Notes under the pieces: generated by a model
What the model was told of the DNA's origin: nothing
The model's input: the letters and a program-made list of their open reading frames with translations, nothing else
Databases searched by the model: none
Shown: one piece after another, positions 25,704 to 39,100 of the stretch
How positions within the stretch are numbered: the stretch's first letter is position 1
Layout of the letters: each line of letters begins with the position of its first letter
Source of the DNA: Klebsormidium nitens
Taxonomy: Eukaryota; Plantae; Klebsormidiophyceae
Assembly (NCBI GenBank): GCA_000708835.1
Contig: DF237052.1
Coordinates: 1 to 64,000 of the forward strand
DNA length: 64,000 nt
Direction of reading: 5' to 3'
Program-made: the position numbers and the translations under genes

Positions 25704-28009
25704 GATTTGGGACTTTCGATTCAAGACTTGGCTAGGTATTTTGGTTCGAGCCTGTCGGCGACAAAAGATGCTTGCTGAGACCGGAGCGGCAATGGTCAAT
25801 CTGGTCTGTCATTCTTCAATGGATCTCGTAAGCTTCAAATTGGCTAGGTTGTTTGGCAGGGCTTCAGAGAATCAAAGGCCGCTATTTCCTCTTTTCACCT
25901 CAGCTCTTGCGCGACCTTGGGTGATTGCTTTGTCAGCTCATAAAGAGAATGCTTCGAGCATATTCATGTTACTAATTGAGCTCTTTATGACCGCATTTCA
26001 CGAAATACGGCCCTATAAGAGGTCTGGTTTGCGTGGCCGCTAATCGAGTTCCGGGCACTCATTTCGGCCTTCTTGCTTTTGAACGACCTGTTAGTGTCAG
26101 CCTGTCAAAACAAGCAGGCACTTTCTCCAGCGTCCAAAGTACAGTTTGTTGTGCGCTTTACAGACAATGAAAATTGGTGCCCGGCCCTCCTGGGGTCAAC
26201 ACATCTTTGCGAAGGCTTGATGTCGTTACACCTTTTTTCCCTCGTTACCTGGTTCACTCTCGAGTGATGGTGAATGTAGTTTCTTGCTCTCTCACGTTCC
26301 CCCTGGCTACATGCGGCTAGGCCCCTGGTCGGTATGTCTTGCGATGCTTGATGACTGAATTTGAGACGGTTCCCGTTGCCAAGTTTAGCAGCAGTCGCGT
26401 CTGCTTTAGTTAGGTATGTACCGGTAGGCCGGTTTTGACTGCTGTCGTAAGAGATTGCTAGAACCGTCCATGACGGCGAATGCGAGGAGAATCGGCGGCC
26501 TGGTCGCGACCAGATCTGAAATCAATTGCAGATGTCAGCATTATACTCCCATTTCAGATTCGTGGCTCTCCAATTGAGCAGTTTACTTATCTCATTGGCA
26601 CCCTGGTCAAAAAACACACATTAAGGCTATGACAGAGTAATATCTGACGTAATTGTCATTGTCGGACACCTGCGCAGAAGCCGGAGTGTGACTGGAATCA
26701 CGTGCTTCCTCCTCTTCACGGGAGGAGACCACAGTTAGTTTTAGATCTTCGGGCTTGTTTGCTTGCATGGACTTCTTGTATCGATTTCCCTCTCCCGATT
26801 GAAAGTGCCACTTGACTCCTAACATCAGCTGATTGCCAGGCACGGCATCACATTGCAGGGTCCTGCAAATATTTTCCAAACTTACTCAATGAGGGAAGCG
26901 GACAGCACAACGAATCAAAGAGCGGAAGCTTGACGCAGTCGAAATTTTCAGAGGACACTGCGAAGCAATCGGCGTCACTTAAGCTCGTCCTGAGACCTAC
27001 TTGTGGGCTCTTTGAAGACCTCCCGACCATGTGACAAACTTAACTTACCGGGTCAGGAAGTTGATTATTTCATAATGGTTCGGATGCGGAGCTGAGACGG
27101 TTTAGCGAGTGATTGTAGTACGTCCGTGTTGCATCGTCATACCTCTATGCATGTACCTTCATCGAGTTTCGCCCGTGAGGTGCAACCAACTTCAATTGTT
27201 ACGGTCAGCTGGCTTAGTAACGTTCCCATGTCAAATGGAGTGACCGTACCGTCTTTGACGAATGTTGACGGTTGAGGACGTTTGCTTGTTGCGTATGTGT
27301 TTGTCGACCTATTTTCCGAGACAACAGGCGTGTATAAATTTTGTCGGACGGAGCTTGATGTGGGTGATACAGATGCTGTGTGTATAAGGGTCTGCAATCC
27401 GTTCCATGGAACAGCTAGATGTAATTGATCCAATCCCAGCTCTGAGCAGGCACTGCGATGTTGCCACGTAGATTGTAACGTCGGGTATCGCTGTGTTAGC
27501 TGAATTCAGAACAAACTTGAAAGTTCCTTGAAAAGCATATTAAGAACCCGGGAAGTTTTTCTCGAGCAGTTAGGAGGTAAGAGCTTTGCTGGCAATGACG
27601 ACTATAGGCGATCCGAACGGCGGACCCGGTGGCATTGTACCTGGAGCCAGTCACTGGCGCGATAGCGTCGGATCCTGTTTTCTTTTATTCTTCGGTCAAA
27701 TTGTTGATTGCAACGAAATAATCGCCAGAAGTGTCTGCACACTGAAGCTCTGGAGCTTTGATAGTGTCTGCTTCAAATTTTACACGGCGATGACGAGAAA
27801 AGTTGGCCCTCACGGTGGACATCAGTCAAACCGGACGCTGAAGATGCCGCAGCTGTCCATTCCTTGTTTCTTGGATGGTCCTTCCTTCCACGGACCTGAG
27901 TTTGCAGCTTTACGAACAAGGTCTACGGTGGATTCTTAGGCGTGTAATGCTTGAGACTTGTTCTAGAAGCCTGTCAGCATGCATGTGGTTTAGGCATAAT
28001 CACTAGTCC

Positions 28010-30140
28010 TTGTGCATAAGGGACGAGACTCCCGGTTGTGTGTTCTGTTTTTGCAAGGGTAATGATAGCCGATGCATGGCCTTGAACGGGTGGCCAATGG
28101 AGCCAGTTGTGTTTTTCAAAATGATGCCAGCCCCCTTTATTTCGTCACTTTTCAAAGTGATTGGGCGTTTAAGCGTCGTCGCGTCCGGTCACCAAGCTAA
28201 TCTGGTAGCAGGGAACCGAGCTGCCTCCGCTGCTAAACTTGCATGGTTTCAATAGCGTCGGGGCGGCAGCATTTACAACGCTTCGAGATCTCAGCTTTCG
28301 GCTTGGTTTGCATATCATTTCCTCCGTCGTTTGCAGCCATGCCCGTTACTAATTTTCTACTTGGCAGTGTGGACGCAGCTTTGGCCGTCATGGTCAGCCC
28401 TAAGCATTGCATGCTTACCGATGCCGTGTCTCGATCTCCTTTCTTCTGTTTACTTCGATCCGTTTGGACATCTTCGTTGTCTTCGTTGCTACCTTGTATC
28501 GTCGGAACGGACTTGTCCGCAAGAAAGTGTACCGGCCTGGTTGCGACCTTATTTGACAATCTTATGGAGGTCTGCCTCCTGCTTATGTCAGCATGCGCTC
28601 CTTTAAAGCACGATGTTTGTTGCTGAAGCTGCTGAGTCTACGAGTCAGCCTTCCGGTGCTAAGCTCGGCCTTGATTAGAGAAGACTGGCCCACTTTTGAT
28701 AACCACAGTCACGTCCTTCGGAGGTGATGTTTGAGCCGACACACGGCGGCGCTTTCTGTTTCAAGGCAAGAGCAGGTTTGTAAGCAATTGGAGGCTTCAC
28801 GCACGTTCTTAATAAGAGCTTTCAATCAGAACCATTTTTCGCTCGTTGGCTGCTTTTAGGTTGACAAGATTCTTGGTGCATCCCGCACTTACATCACGCC
28901 TCGTGCGAGCCGCTCCCATACGCTGATTTTCTGTCTCAAAGATGCCCAAGAGTATTGACCCTGCACCCTCACAATCAGACATAGTTTCATAGTTTGCCAT
29001 GTGATATTTGAGCTTTTGTTGCACTTTCCAACTGCTGGACTTTCTCTTCGTTGACGATGATCGAAGCACGCCGCCTGGCCCTCATGGTCACAGAAATGTT
29101 GAACCGATGTCAAGTGATTCTGATCAACGCTTCTGTGTTCCGTCTGCGAGTCCCGTTCATCTGACCGACGTCGCAGTAATCTGTCTCACCTTCATCACGT
29201 CCTAAGCCTCTTCCCAAAAGGTCCAGCGCTGCCGCGTCGGTCGCCGCTGCGACTTGGCCATGCTGCCCGGGGATTTCGGGAGTCGCCCGGTTTGCCGCAA
29301 CGTTGCGACGTCGCCTTCAAAGCTTGTTCTCAACCTTCCGATGTACCCTGTCGCTCTCGTTTACAGCAACTAGAGGTTCCAGTTAACGGCACCCGTTCCA
29401 AGTTTCTGATCTTCACACCAATGGCGCCTGCTGATGACAGAGGCCCGCTGAAGTTCGCACTCGGCCCAGGAGCGGCTCTTCCAACAACGAGAAGGAGGGT
29501 CTGGTTCATTACCCAGTCTTGCACGCAATTTACCTTCCTCGAAGGCTATGATAAGGAACGCCTGACCCTCATAGCGGCCGGCCACGTTTACCTAGTGCAG
29601 TTGATGCCACGCGCGAGCCAAAACTAATGAAATCCTGCCCGTGTGAGATAGCGTATCTTCATAACCCGCTGCTGCAGAATTGACAACCCCGGCGCTCAAA
29701 GCTTTGTGTGCTTCATCGCAGACTCAATGGTTCTTATAGCAGTGCACTACTTGGTGCTCGGAAGCAGCACCGCGAGATCGGTGGCCAGATCTTACGGCCT
29801 ACCTTTGGCCCGTAGTGACGATGATGTTTGTATGGCTGTAGCCGCCACCAGTATGGCACCACACTCATTTTGGTTCTGGTGCCACCCTTCGATCTTCTTC
29901 CAATCCTGGTCCTGACGTATTTACATGTTCAAACCTATCACTCACCGAGTACGTCTGGAAGGCGGTGAAAGCTTTCTCCCTTGTTTTGCGCTTAAGTGAG
30001 AACTGGTATGCATGTCATCAGATCAGATCTGTTCGCCTTTCGGCAGACACGTTCCTGTGGGTCCTTGATTGACGCTCTCGAGATTTTCCTTGGTATCGTC
30101 GGGTGCGCCTTCTTGCTTGCTCCCCACGTGTGAGCTCGAA
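28010..30140 (+). repeat. Diverged segmental duplication, copy 1
   Basis: Matches 31870-33990 at ~3.86-3.87 kb offset. Anchors: ggac(g/a)agactcccggttg (28021/31878); ttgcagccatgcccgtt (28331/32196); gacaaccccggcgctcaaagcttt (29681/33556); ggtgaaagcttt (~29963/33820); c(a/c)c(g/c)tgtgagc (~30126/33984). Confidence 0.8.
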
Positions 30141-31869
30141 CGTCCTTTGGTGCGACCATAAGCTGCGCTACGAGTTTCTCGAGCGACATCGACGTTGCGA
30201 AGCGGCAAGTCTTTTCCTATCACCTTGAAATCCGGACTATTTTCCTAACCTAGTCGTGGGATTACGCTCGCTCTGCGTTCACGTAATATTCGTCACATTG
30301 GTTGTTTGGCTTCCTCTATCATTGCAAGACACTGAACTCTTTTGAAGGCCTGGTCTTTTCACCAACTGTTTGAGTTTGACTCCCCGAGCGCAACTTTTCT
30401 AGCGTCACTTTGAATGGGCTGTCGACATTCGAAATAGTTCGAAGTGGATAAGATGTCCTCTTGCGAGGCATCACCCAGGAACGGATAACGCCAGATACAT
30501 TGATACGCGAGCCCATCTTCGCAGAACCTGTATAATAAACCACAAGTGCATAAAGAGTGTGTCAGGTCGCTTCGAAGTGCAGCGACATATTCAGTGCCAA
30601 ATCCCCTTTGCAGTCGCCGCGACCACTTTTGCTGACGCATTTTGCAGCAACAGTAAGCCCGAGAATTGAACTGTGATGTCGCAGTTTAACGTCGGGCGTT
30701 ACGGGCCACAGAGCTGACAGAGCGCCCACTTGAGCGTTTGCAGCGTGTTCATTTTCATACTTAAAGCAGCGGCGAGCCAGAAGCGAGCTTTTCCGCTGTT
30801 TAAGCCCGCATGATTCTTTTCCGCTGTGTTATCGAACACGTACTCTCGTCTCTTCCGAGTCGTTGCCGAGAATTGAGGGAAGCACCTCAAGGCCCTCACT
30901 TTTCTCCACTGTACGGTTGAGCGGCTGTCGAAAGTTGCGACTCATATGGTCGTCTTCTTCAGGAAGTCGACAGGCGCTTCAAGTTGGCCCCCATGGCCAC
31001 AGCGGCGATGTTGCTGACGCCAGCGTGACATCCAGCCTTACATCATCTACCTTTGAGGATTTCAGAAACTACCAGACGAGCTTCTAGTTCTGCCGGTTGA
31101 AGGATCGCCCAGGTACTGGAGTCACTGGTCGACTTTCAATCAGCAAGCCATGTCCAGTGGACGCTTTGTCGCATTGGTCCTGTTGTCCTTCAGCAGACTC
31201 CTTATCGTTGCATCTTTCGAGTCCGAGTCTTATGACGATTGGGACATCAAGGAGGCAACGAGGAATAGTGATGGCGGCCTGACCAAGTTGGGGCCAAGGG
31301 GTTCAGGTTCTTCCGACCGCCTCTGTTTTTTACCTGGTGCAGCGCCTGGTTGAGAATCGAAAGTCGTTGATATTAATCCTTCCTTCCTCTGTACAAGTTA
31401 AAGCCCCTCGGCGGCGAGAGCAAAACTGCCACTCGGCTCCTTACAGTAGCTTCAGAGTAAAATCCTCTGATCCGCTCTGCGTACGCAGAGTCTAGTAGAC
31501 GAGAAGCAGGAGGGAGCGGCCTCACGCCATCTGGAGCCCGAAAGTGAGGAGATTGGGGATTTCTGCTTATTTCCTCAACTGCCACGACTTGCGAGGAGCA
31601 TTTGCAAAACCGGATCTGTTGAAAGTTTTTGTTTCGTTTTCCACAGTGGCAATGACGATGAAGATCGTTGGCCCCCTCAATGGCCACTGGTGATCTCATT
31701 GCCTCGTGACGTATTGATGCCGCGACTGTCTATCATCCGGACCTTCTTTCCCATGGACAAGCATAGCAGCTTCACGAAGAATGCCCACGATGGGATCTTC
31801 ATCGTTCAAGGATTGAAATTTGTCTTCAACGCCAGTCAGCTTCTATTAAGGTAGTCACTAGCTGTTTTG

Positions 31870-33990
31870 CATTGAGGACAAGACTCCCGGTTGCTAGGAA
31901 GTTGCAAGCCAATGGTTCTCCATGCATGGCCTTGGCCGGTGGCCATTGGCGAAGATGGTATTGTGATACGATCCCATTATATTGATTCTCGTTTTTTAAT
32001 AGGAAGGTTTTGAGTAGCGATACGGAGAGCGAAAACCAGTATGCGGTCTTTCCTTGGCGGATGACAAACAACCCTACCTCTCTCGCCTACTTTCATTTAC
32101 TGCTTCGAGGGCTCAACCAACGGTATCAGCGTGGACACAGCAGCATTCAGAACGCTGTGTTCAGATTTTGCTCTTTTCGAATCGGTTCTCCGTCACTTGC
32201 AGCCATGCCCGTTTGTCAAGTCCTTCTGGCAATGTGGACGCAATTTTCGCCCGTCGTGGTCAGTACTACCACAGCATTATGATACCGATGCCATGTCTCG
32301 GTCTCCTTTTGTCCGGCGCAGTATGCTGAACAAATTCGACGCCTCCGGCGCTGTCTTGTACTGCTTTCCTTCGTCCTGGCCTCGTTGCGACCTTGCTTTC
32401 CGGATTGGCTATGGAGGGCTGCGCTCTGCTTATATCAGCATGCGCACAATTTCCCACCCCAAAGCCAGTGACCACGGGTCGACTCTAGTCGCTGTTTCTG
32501 CTCAACGGATCGGCCCATGCTTGGTGCTTTACTTTCGGTTGGCAATGAGTGAGACAAACGGGGCTTCTTTCGGTCGCCAACAATCTCTTCTGGAGGCAGC
32601 TTCAGATGCCAACACACGCCGAAGTCCTCAAAGTGCCCACAAGTATCGACTGTACATTTTGATTTCTCTGCTAGCTTTATTGACGATGACTGAAAAAGAC
32701 GGGTGGCCCTCGTGGTCACTGAATTTCCAAAAGATGTCGTTCTTTCTGCAACCCCTTCAATCTGATTGACGTCACAGTGAACTCGCCTGATGCGCTACGA
32801 CTCTTCCCTCCGGCCCCAAATGGCCTTTGCACTCGTCTGAACGCAACCTTAAAACTTTCATTCAATCGTCTCAGTTTCAGTTGTGGAGCTTAGGACGAAG
32901 CGCGCACGTGCTGACCTCAGAAGTTCTCTGCCTGACGATACTTGGACTTGGCCAAGACCGGCCGTCGGCAGCAACGAGACCGAGGTTCCAATGGGGACAC
33001 GTGTCCAGCCTCGGACCCAAGTATTCTTGTTGACGCCACCTGTTGCTCAATGGCGGTAAGGTTGGGCGATGAAACCTGCGTGGTGATTTCAAGGCAGTGG
33101 CTCAAGCGGATACGCATGGTGTCAGAACGGAAGGAAAGAGAACAAGGAATCCCGGCGGACTCTGTAGGACCCCTTCATATATAATCCCTTCGACCGACGG
33201 TGGATTTAGTGAATCTCGGTTTACCTAGAACATCGATCCTAGGGGGGTATGGCTAGGAGAGCTCTCTTACGTCCACGTTCTCCCTCCTTCCGTTCTGTCA
33301 GTCTTCAAAAAGAATTTGCGAAATAGGTTCGGGTTATGCCATCATCAGCGGTCTGATTTTGGTGCATACCATGTCTGGACCATGTCCGAATCCGGGTCCA
33401 AGATCCTCTTGATTTTCACCGATGGTTCTGATGACGAACGTCTGGCCCTCATGACGGCCACGACCTCCAAGGTGTCGCTGATGCCACGGCACGTTGGATC
33501 TGATTGAATCCTTCCCGGTGTAGAAAGCAGTCTTTAAAATATTTTGCTGCAGAATCGACAACCCCGGCGCTCAAAGCTTTGCTTCATCGTAGACTCACCG
33601 TTCCTTACAGCGGTGCACGAATCGATACGTCGGAGGTTGCACGACATTTGTGGCCAACTCTTAGGATTTAGTGGCAATGGCATTGATCGTCGTATGGCTT
33701 TGCCGGCCACAAGGTCTCAGATATCTGATTCTAATGCCACCCTTTCTTTTGCTTCTCGTCCTCGTCTTCGCTTAGTAATTAAGCAACTGAATCCTTTTAC
33801 TAGATTCGCTTCTACAGGTGGTGAAAGCTTTTTCCCCTTCTCTGCACCTACGGCAGCGAGGATTGGCCAATCCAGGTCTACTCGTCTGGTCGGCATATGC
33901 GTTCTCGTTTGGTCTTAAGCTGACAATCTCCGGGTTAGCATTACTGACAGTCTTCCATGCAGCGCCTTCATTTTTGCTACCCACCTGTGA
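31870..33990 (+). repeat. Diverged segmental duplication, copy 2
   Basis: See copy 1; same order and orientation of anchors. Confidence 0.8.
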
Positions 33991-35169
33991 GCAACGCAAT
34001 TCCTTGCAAGCTTAGACTGTACTGCCGACGAGTGCTTTGAGCCGCAAGCATCGCGAAGCGCTAACTCGCTTGCTAGGACCTTAAGAGAGAGCCCATTTCC
34101 GTTGCCATGCCCGGATTGCCGTTAGTTTGTGCAGGCGGTGCGCATTTACTAGCTTGTCATCTTGTTTGACTAGTTGCATTAGCATCCCATACTGATACAG
34201 TTGTGAATACCAGTCGATCAACCGAAATCTATTGATACACGAACCCAGTTTGAAAAATCTTGTTTAGTGAATCGTGACGGCAATGAAGACAGTTGTCTGG
34301 GGCCCCTCTGGGCCAACGTGGTACTCCTTATCCATTTTTCCCGCTGCCATACTAGCTTCGCTTTGAGTCCACAGCTTGTTTACTCCTCCATCTAATTCTT
34401 TGCTGCAGCCAGAACATTCACTCTCTTATTTCCCTCGCTGTGGCGGCTAAAACACTTCGATTCGAGAGCGTTGAAGTCGTGGGTCCGACTTTTAGGCGTC
34501 TAACGGAGCTCGTCACTGGTCATTGAGCAGCAGCGCCTCTAACAAACGCAAATCAAAGTGCCCTCCAAACTGCTGAATGGCAAGGAAGTAGAATGCCCGG
34601 CCCATGCGGGGATTGATGCGGCGAACTAATATGCTGACGCCATCCGCTTTGACGCTGCAGTTGAGCGATGACTAAAATACGTTTTCCGTGCCTTCTCGCC
34701 TCCTGCAGTCTTCACCGCAACAATCAGTCTGATGCCGCCGCTTTTGGTGCATATACGCTAAGCTCTTTCTAGCTCCACGGTGTAGTGCTCGTACGAAAAC
34801 CTTCTGAGGTCTGACGTATGCATTCCAAGATTGATTACAGCCACCGTGTCGACCTCAGCAGGGTCGCTGCGTCAAGCTCGGTACTGATTAGAACGGCCAT
34901 TGCCAGTGATGACGAGACTGGTCCTGGAAGTCCTCGATGGAGGTAAGGGCATATCGGCTTCAAAAAAGCAACCCGGATAACAGCAGGCCCTTTCGGCGAA
35001 AAGTTGCGGGGGTCTCTTCTCGGTTCCACCGACGCGCACACGTCTCTCCCTTATGTCACGGCTCTTGAGAATTATCTGAGGCTCTCGTCCTCTTAGCCAG
35101 ACCGTAGCGCTTCTCGAGCAGCTTCGCAGCGTACCGACAAAGAATCAAGATTACGGACCTGATCCTAAG

Positions 35170-35230
35170 TGGCAATGATGACAGCCGCCTGGCCATAATG
35201 GCCACGCTTAATTGTGCCGTTCTGATGCCA
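35170..35230 (+). ncRNA. Best-preserved C/D-box-like unit
   Basis: tGGCA-ATGATGA(box C)-cagccgcc-TGGCCataatGGCCA-cgcttaattgtgccgttt-CTGA(box D)-TGCCa: perfect boxes, 5-bp terminal stem, internal hairpin. Confidence 0.6.
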
Positions 35231-35945
35231 GCTTGACGTCCTTCTTGCAATATCCTGCTTAGAAAACCGAAATTTCAAAAGCTTAATGTACAGCTTGAAC
35301 TTATACTTGTGTTGCAATTTTGAAGATCTGCTAACTTGACTGGGCGCCCAAAGATTCCAATCAGAAGGTACAGAAATTCGATACTTTACGGCAAGTACTT
35401 TCATAGTCATTTTAAGTAGACCCACTAGCCGAAGAGCTTGTGGTCGGTACAACGATTGAGACAGTGGCAATGAGCAGTTATGATGCCTGACCCAAATTGG
35501 GGCCACTCGTTGAGCTGTTCTAGCTCTCCAGAGTGCCTCCATTGCTTTTCTGATTTAGTGCCTGGTGAGCGAGTCCGAAAAGTCCTTGGAATCAAATTTC
35601 ATCCTCGCAATTCGCGCCTGTAGGCGGCAAAGAGGAAGACTGCTACTCGGCGCCTTGCAGTATTAATTCGACTCTTCACTCATGATCGGCTCTCCGTATG
35701 CGGAGTCTTATTACTACCGCGGCCCTTGCTGCTAACGTCACGGCTTTCGATCAACGATGGTCCTTGGATTCTGCCCACCGCCAGTACTGAGCGCGGTAAC
35801 GACGTGAAACTTCGTCACGATGCTTTAACCGTGCCGGATTGAGGGATCAAGGGCGCGAGGATGTTCGCTTCTGACGACTGGCCATTCTGACCCACTTATC
35901 TCATTTCTTGATGGGCTGTTGCTCTTTTCCTGATTTGGCATTCGC

Positions 35946-36132
35946 TTTGCAGAAGAACATCTGTTTGGCGAACAAAAAGGGGCGCGAACACTAGCGGCTG
36001 AATAGGAAGAGGAGCGGCACGCTATGTATTGCGGTGCTTTGGCGCCAACTTGAAAGCACCGCGTTCCTGCAGCAGCAAAATGGGGCGTTCAAGCGGGGGT
36101 AGCTGGGTGCCGCGAAACCGAAGCGGATATAA
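35946..36132 (+). pseudogene. Decayed copy of the NOP14 terminal exon including its acceptor
   Basis: tttgcag|...ggcgcga...agaggagcggcacg...cagcagca...ggggcgttcaag...gaagcgga aligns to 24288-24450; contains stop codons and an insertion. Confidence 0.75.
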
Positions 36133-39100
36133 TGGACCAAAGCTAAGTGATTGGAAAGTATCTGATCGGTTTGTAGAAAAGGTGGAGCAACAGCCCAAAC
36201 CTGATGCGCGTGGGAAAAATTGGACAACGTCGGTATTTGTGGGCAGGACCTTGAAGCTGTCCCTTCAAAATTTGCCAAAACTAAGCGAACAAATGTTGGA
36301 CAGTATCTTTCTGTTCCTAGTGAGGCCCAGGGATGGTGCACTTCTCGCAGCTTTTCCGCCGCTTTGAATGAGCATGGGACGTCAAGTGGGTTACTGTGTG
36401 GTGCGTATCATGACTTGACCGTAGACTGTCAGGAAAGGCCTTCTGAGAAGCATCACGAGGCGCCCACTCGAGATTTCGTGACGGGTGCTTTTGTGAAGAA
36501 ATCCTCTTCTTTTGCTGCGCTTATCCGTTTTACAGTTTGGCCTGTGAATGCCACTCGAGCATTAGCGCGAGCGTTTCGTCCGCAATGACTCCAAGGAATC
36601 GTGGCGCTGATGGCAATCACTTTGGGGTTGATGCAGCCGAGAATGGAAGAGGGTGCCCGCTTGCTTGACCTCTGTATCCTGCTTTATTGGCGAAGTTTGG
36701 AAGTCAGTTGAGTCTGATCTAAAAAGGGATACCTTCGAAGGTGCGCTTTTGAATTTGACGAGGGATTGGGCGGACACTTGAAAGCCCACAGAAAAGCCCA
36801 CATGAAATCCAAGTTGTACATCCGAAGCCAGTCTGCCCGTCTTGCTTTACCATGATATTCCATAGCGTGTGCGGGCCGCGCGGAGTCCAGTCAAACTTGT
36901 TTCTTGTATGTGCAACTGCTGTTTGGCCATGACGAAAAATTGGGACAAGGACTCCCAATCGCCATTTCGCTTTCGAGGCTTCGCCCGACGTACGCCACCT
37001 TGTTCCCGCGCTTGACTTGCACGATCGAGAAAACTTACAGTCAAAACAACACTGTGCAATAGTCGCTTGAGCGTCCGGATGAGTCCGTCACTTTTGCGTG
37101 AGCTCGACCTGATGAAGGCACCCCAGGCCCTGCCAATGGTCTTGCTAAAATGCTAGCCCAGTCAGCAGCGCTGAGTCTTTTGTATTGTATTGTCTCCCGG
37201 ATTTCGCGCCTCTTGTTCGCTTTCCTCCTCGCGCTGCCCTTCCAAAGCTGCTTTTTTGCGCTAGCGAGGATCTCCACCGCTTATTTAGTTGTTTTGTTGC
37301 AACTCAAAGGTCGGAAGGATATCACGGCATTGCGATATTTATTACACATTGCCCTCCATAGCCTATTGTGTGAGCCGTAGCCTTTCGTGCGAGTCACAGC
37401 GTTTCGTGTGAGTCGTCGCCTTTCAAATGAGTCACAGACTTTCGTGGGTCATGCTTCATGCTCCATCGGTGCATATGGCAGTGACGAGAAATTCCCGCTC
37501 TTGGTAGCCTGTTGAGCAGCATTTTGTTCTGCCTTCGGCATGCCATTTTTCCCGCTTTGGTATTCAAAATTGACCTGAAGATCCAACTGAATCGAGATTT
37601 TTTTGAGCATCTAGGCTCTACTCGATTGCCCTGCGCCGTCTTATATTTCCTTATGAGTAGTAACGCAGGCGCAACCGCATTCTTCTCGATGCGCGCTCTT
37701 TCCTTTTAAGGATTGAGAATAATTAGGCAATGAGGACGTATGCTTCACAATTGTGATCAGCAGATCTTGTACTTCCAATGCCGCACCCGCCGTTCGTTGA
37801 CCGGCAAGTAAGATGCATGAATTCTGGCCAGTCGTCTTACTTTCTGGATTACCTTCTACTCTTCTGGGTTTGGAGGACGTTGCAGGCGATAACGACAACC
37901 GCCTGGCTCCGACGCCACTCAAAGATCACGCTGCTATCAATCATGAATCGGACGCAACGTGTTTACTTTCTCATCCTACGAACTGCTTAGCTAATCACGA
38001 TGACTTTTCATTACGGTGTGCTCCTAGCTAGAGCGCGAGCAGAGCGTCAGGCCCTTGTTCGGGTCTGATTGGCGACTACTTACTTGAGAATTTAGGGGAT
38101 AGTCCTCTTGCTGACGTCACCATCGCTTGCATCCATAGTCGGCTATCGTTGCGTCGTTAACCATAGAACGGTGGCGACACGATCGATCGGCGCCTGTTCA
38201 AAGTTGTCTCTTGCGGTAATGACGGAGTACTCTAGTCCCGGATTCCGTCTGGGAAGCGATTGTTTGCTCGATGCCATGTGCTAGGATAATGAAGTCCATT
38301 TTTGATGCTCAACTTTCCCGACGCTGTCTCTTATCCCTGTCCGAAAGAGTTGGTACCTTTGTTGTGCTCCGGGACCTTATCTCGATCCTTTCTGGGCAAC
38401 CCTGGGACTTTTCACTCGCCGGGTTACTTTACCTTATGGCTATGACAACTTTCTATTTGGTCGGATGACCATTGAAGATTACTGTCAGATTTGGACGCCA
38501 AGAGTGCTTCCGACAAATACTTAAGTAGAACCCACCAGTGAAGAGGGATGTTTGACGATATTGTAACGTAACCTTGTTCAGGTTTCTTTTTTCAGTCTCG
38601 GATGCGAGGAATCTGTGCCCCGTACTTTGCATCGGTGGTATGGATAAGTACCACCACCGCAATGATGCGAAAGCCCGGTCTTGGATGCTACTATGCACGG
38701 AATGTAGCATCTTCAGTCCTTTGATTGAGTTCTTAACGACGTTCTGACGCCAGGCCTAGTTCAGCGATCCTGGTGGGCAAGAACCGTGCACTGGCCTGGT
38801 TGCGACATTGCTCAAAGTGGTGAACAGGCCACAGTCTGCTGACGTCGTTACCTTAAGGTTTGCGAGCTGCAGCACTTGGTATGTGACGCCTTCAAGCGCG
38901 TCTCTAAGGTCATTAATATTGCAAGGCAATTGGCAATGATCAACGAGAGACTGGCCTCGTGTAAACCACGGGTTGGTCAAGCTCGTACGTGTGTACCTAT
39001 GATGCCCGGAACAAACAACCCAACTAAAATGAAAAGCTCGTTGATTCGAAGCATCGAGTCAGTTCAAAAGGGCAAAGTCGTGATCAGACTGGCAATCCTT

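Noticed and set aside
26560-27560. Three short minus-strand ORFs (26607-26879, 26848-27030, 27137-27433) as a gene
   Set aside because: No recognisable domain, no consistent splice model, lengths within chance expectation.
30319-30543. KMGSRINVSGVIRSW resembling an SSB/OB-fold strand
   Set aside because: Only a short motif-like resemblance with no supporting flanking sequence or splice model.
35171-35229. Assigning an rRNA target or known snoRNA name to the best unit
   Set aside because: I could not recognise a convincing antisense match from memory; this needs an actual search.
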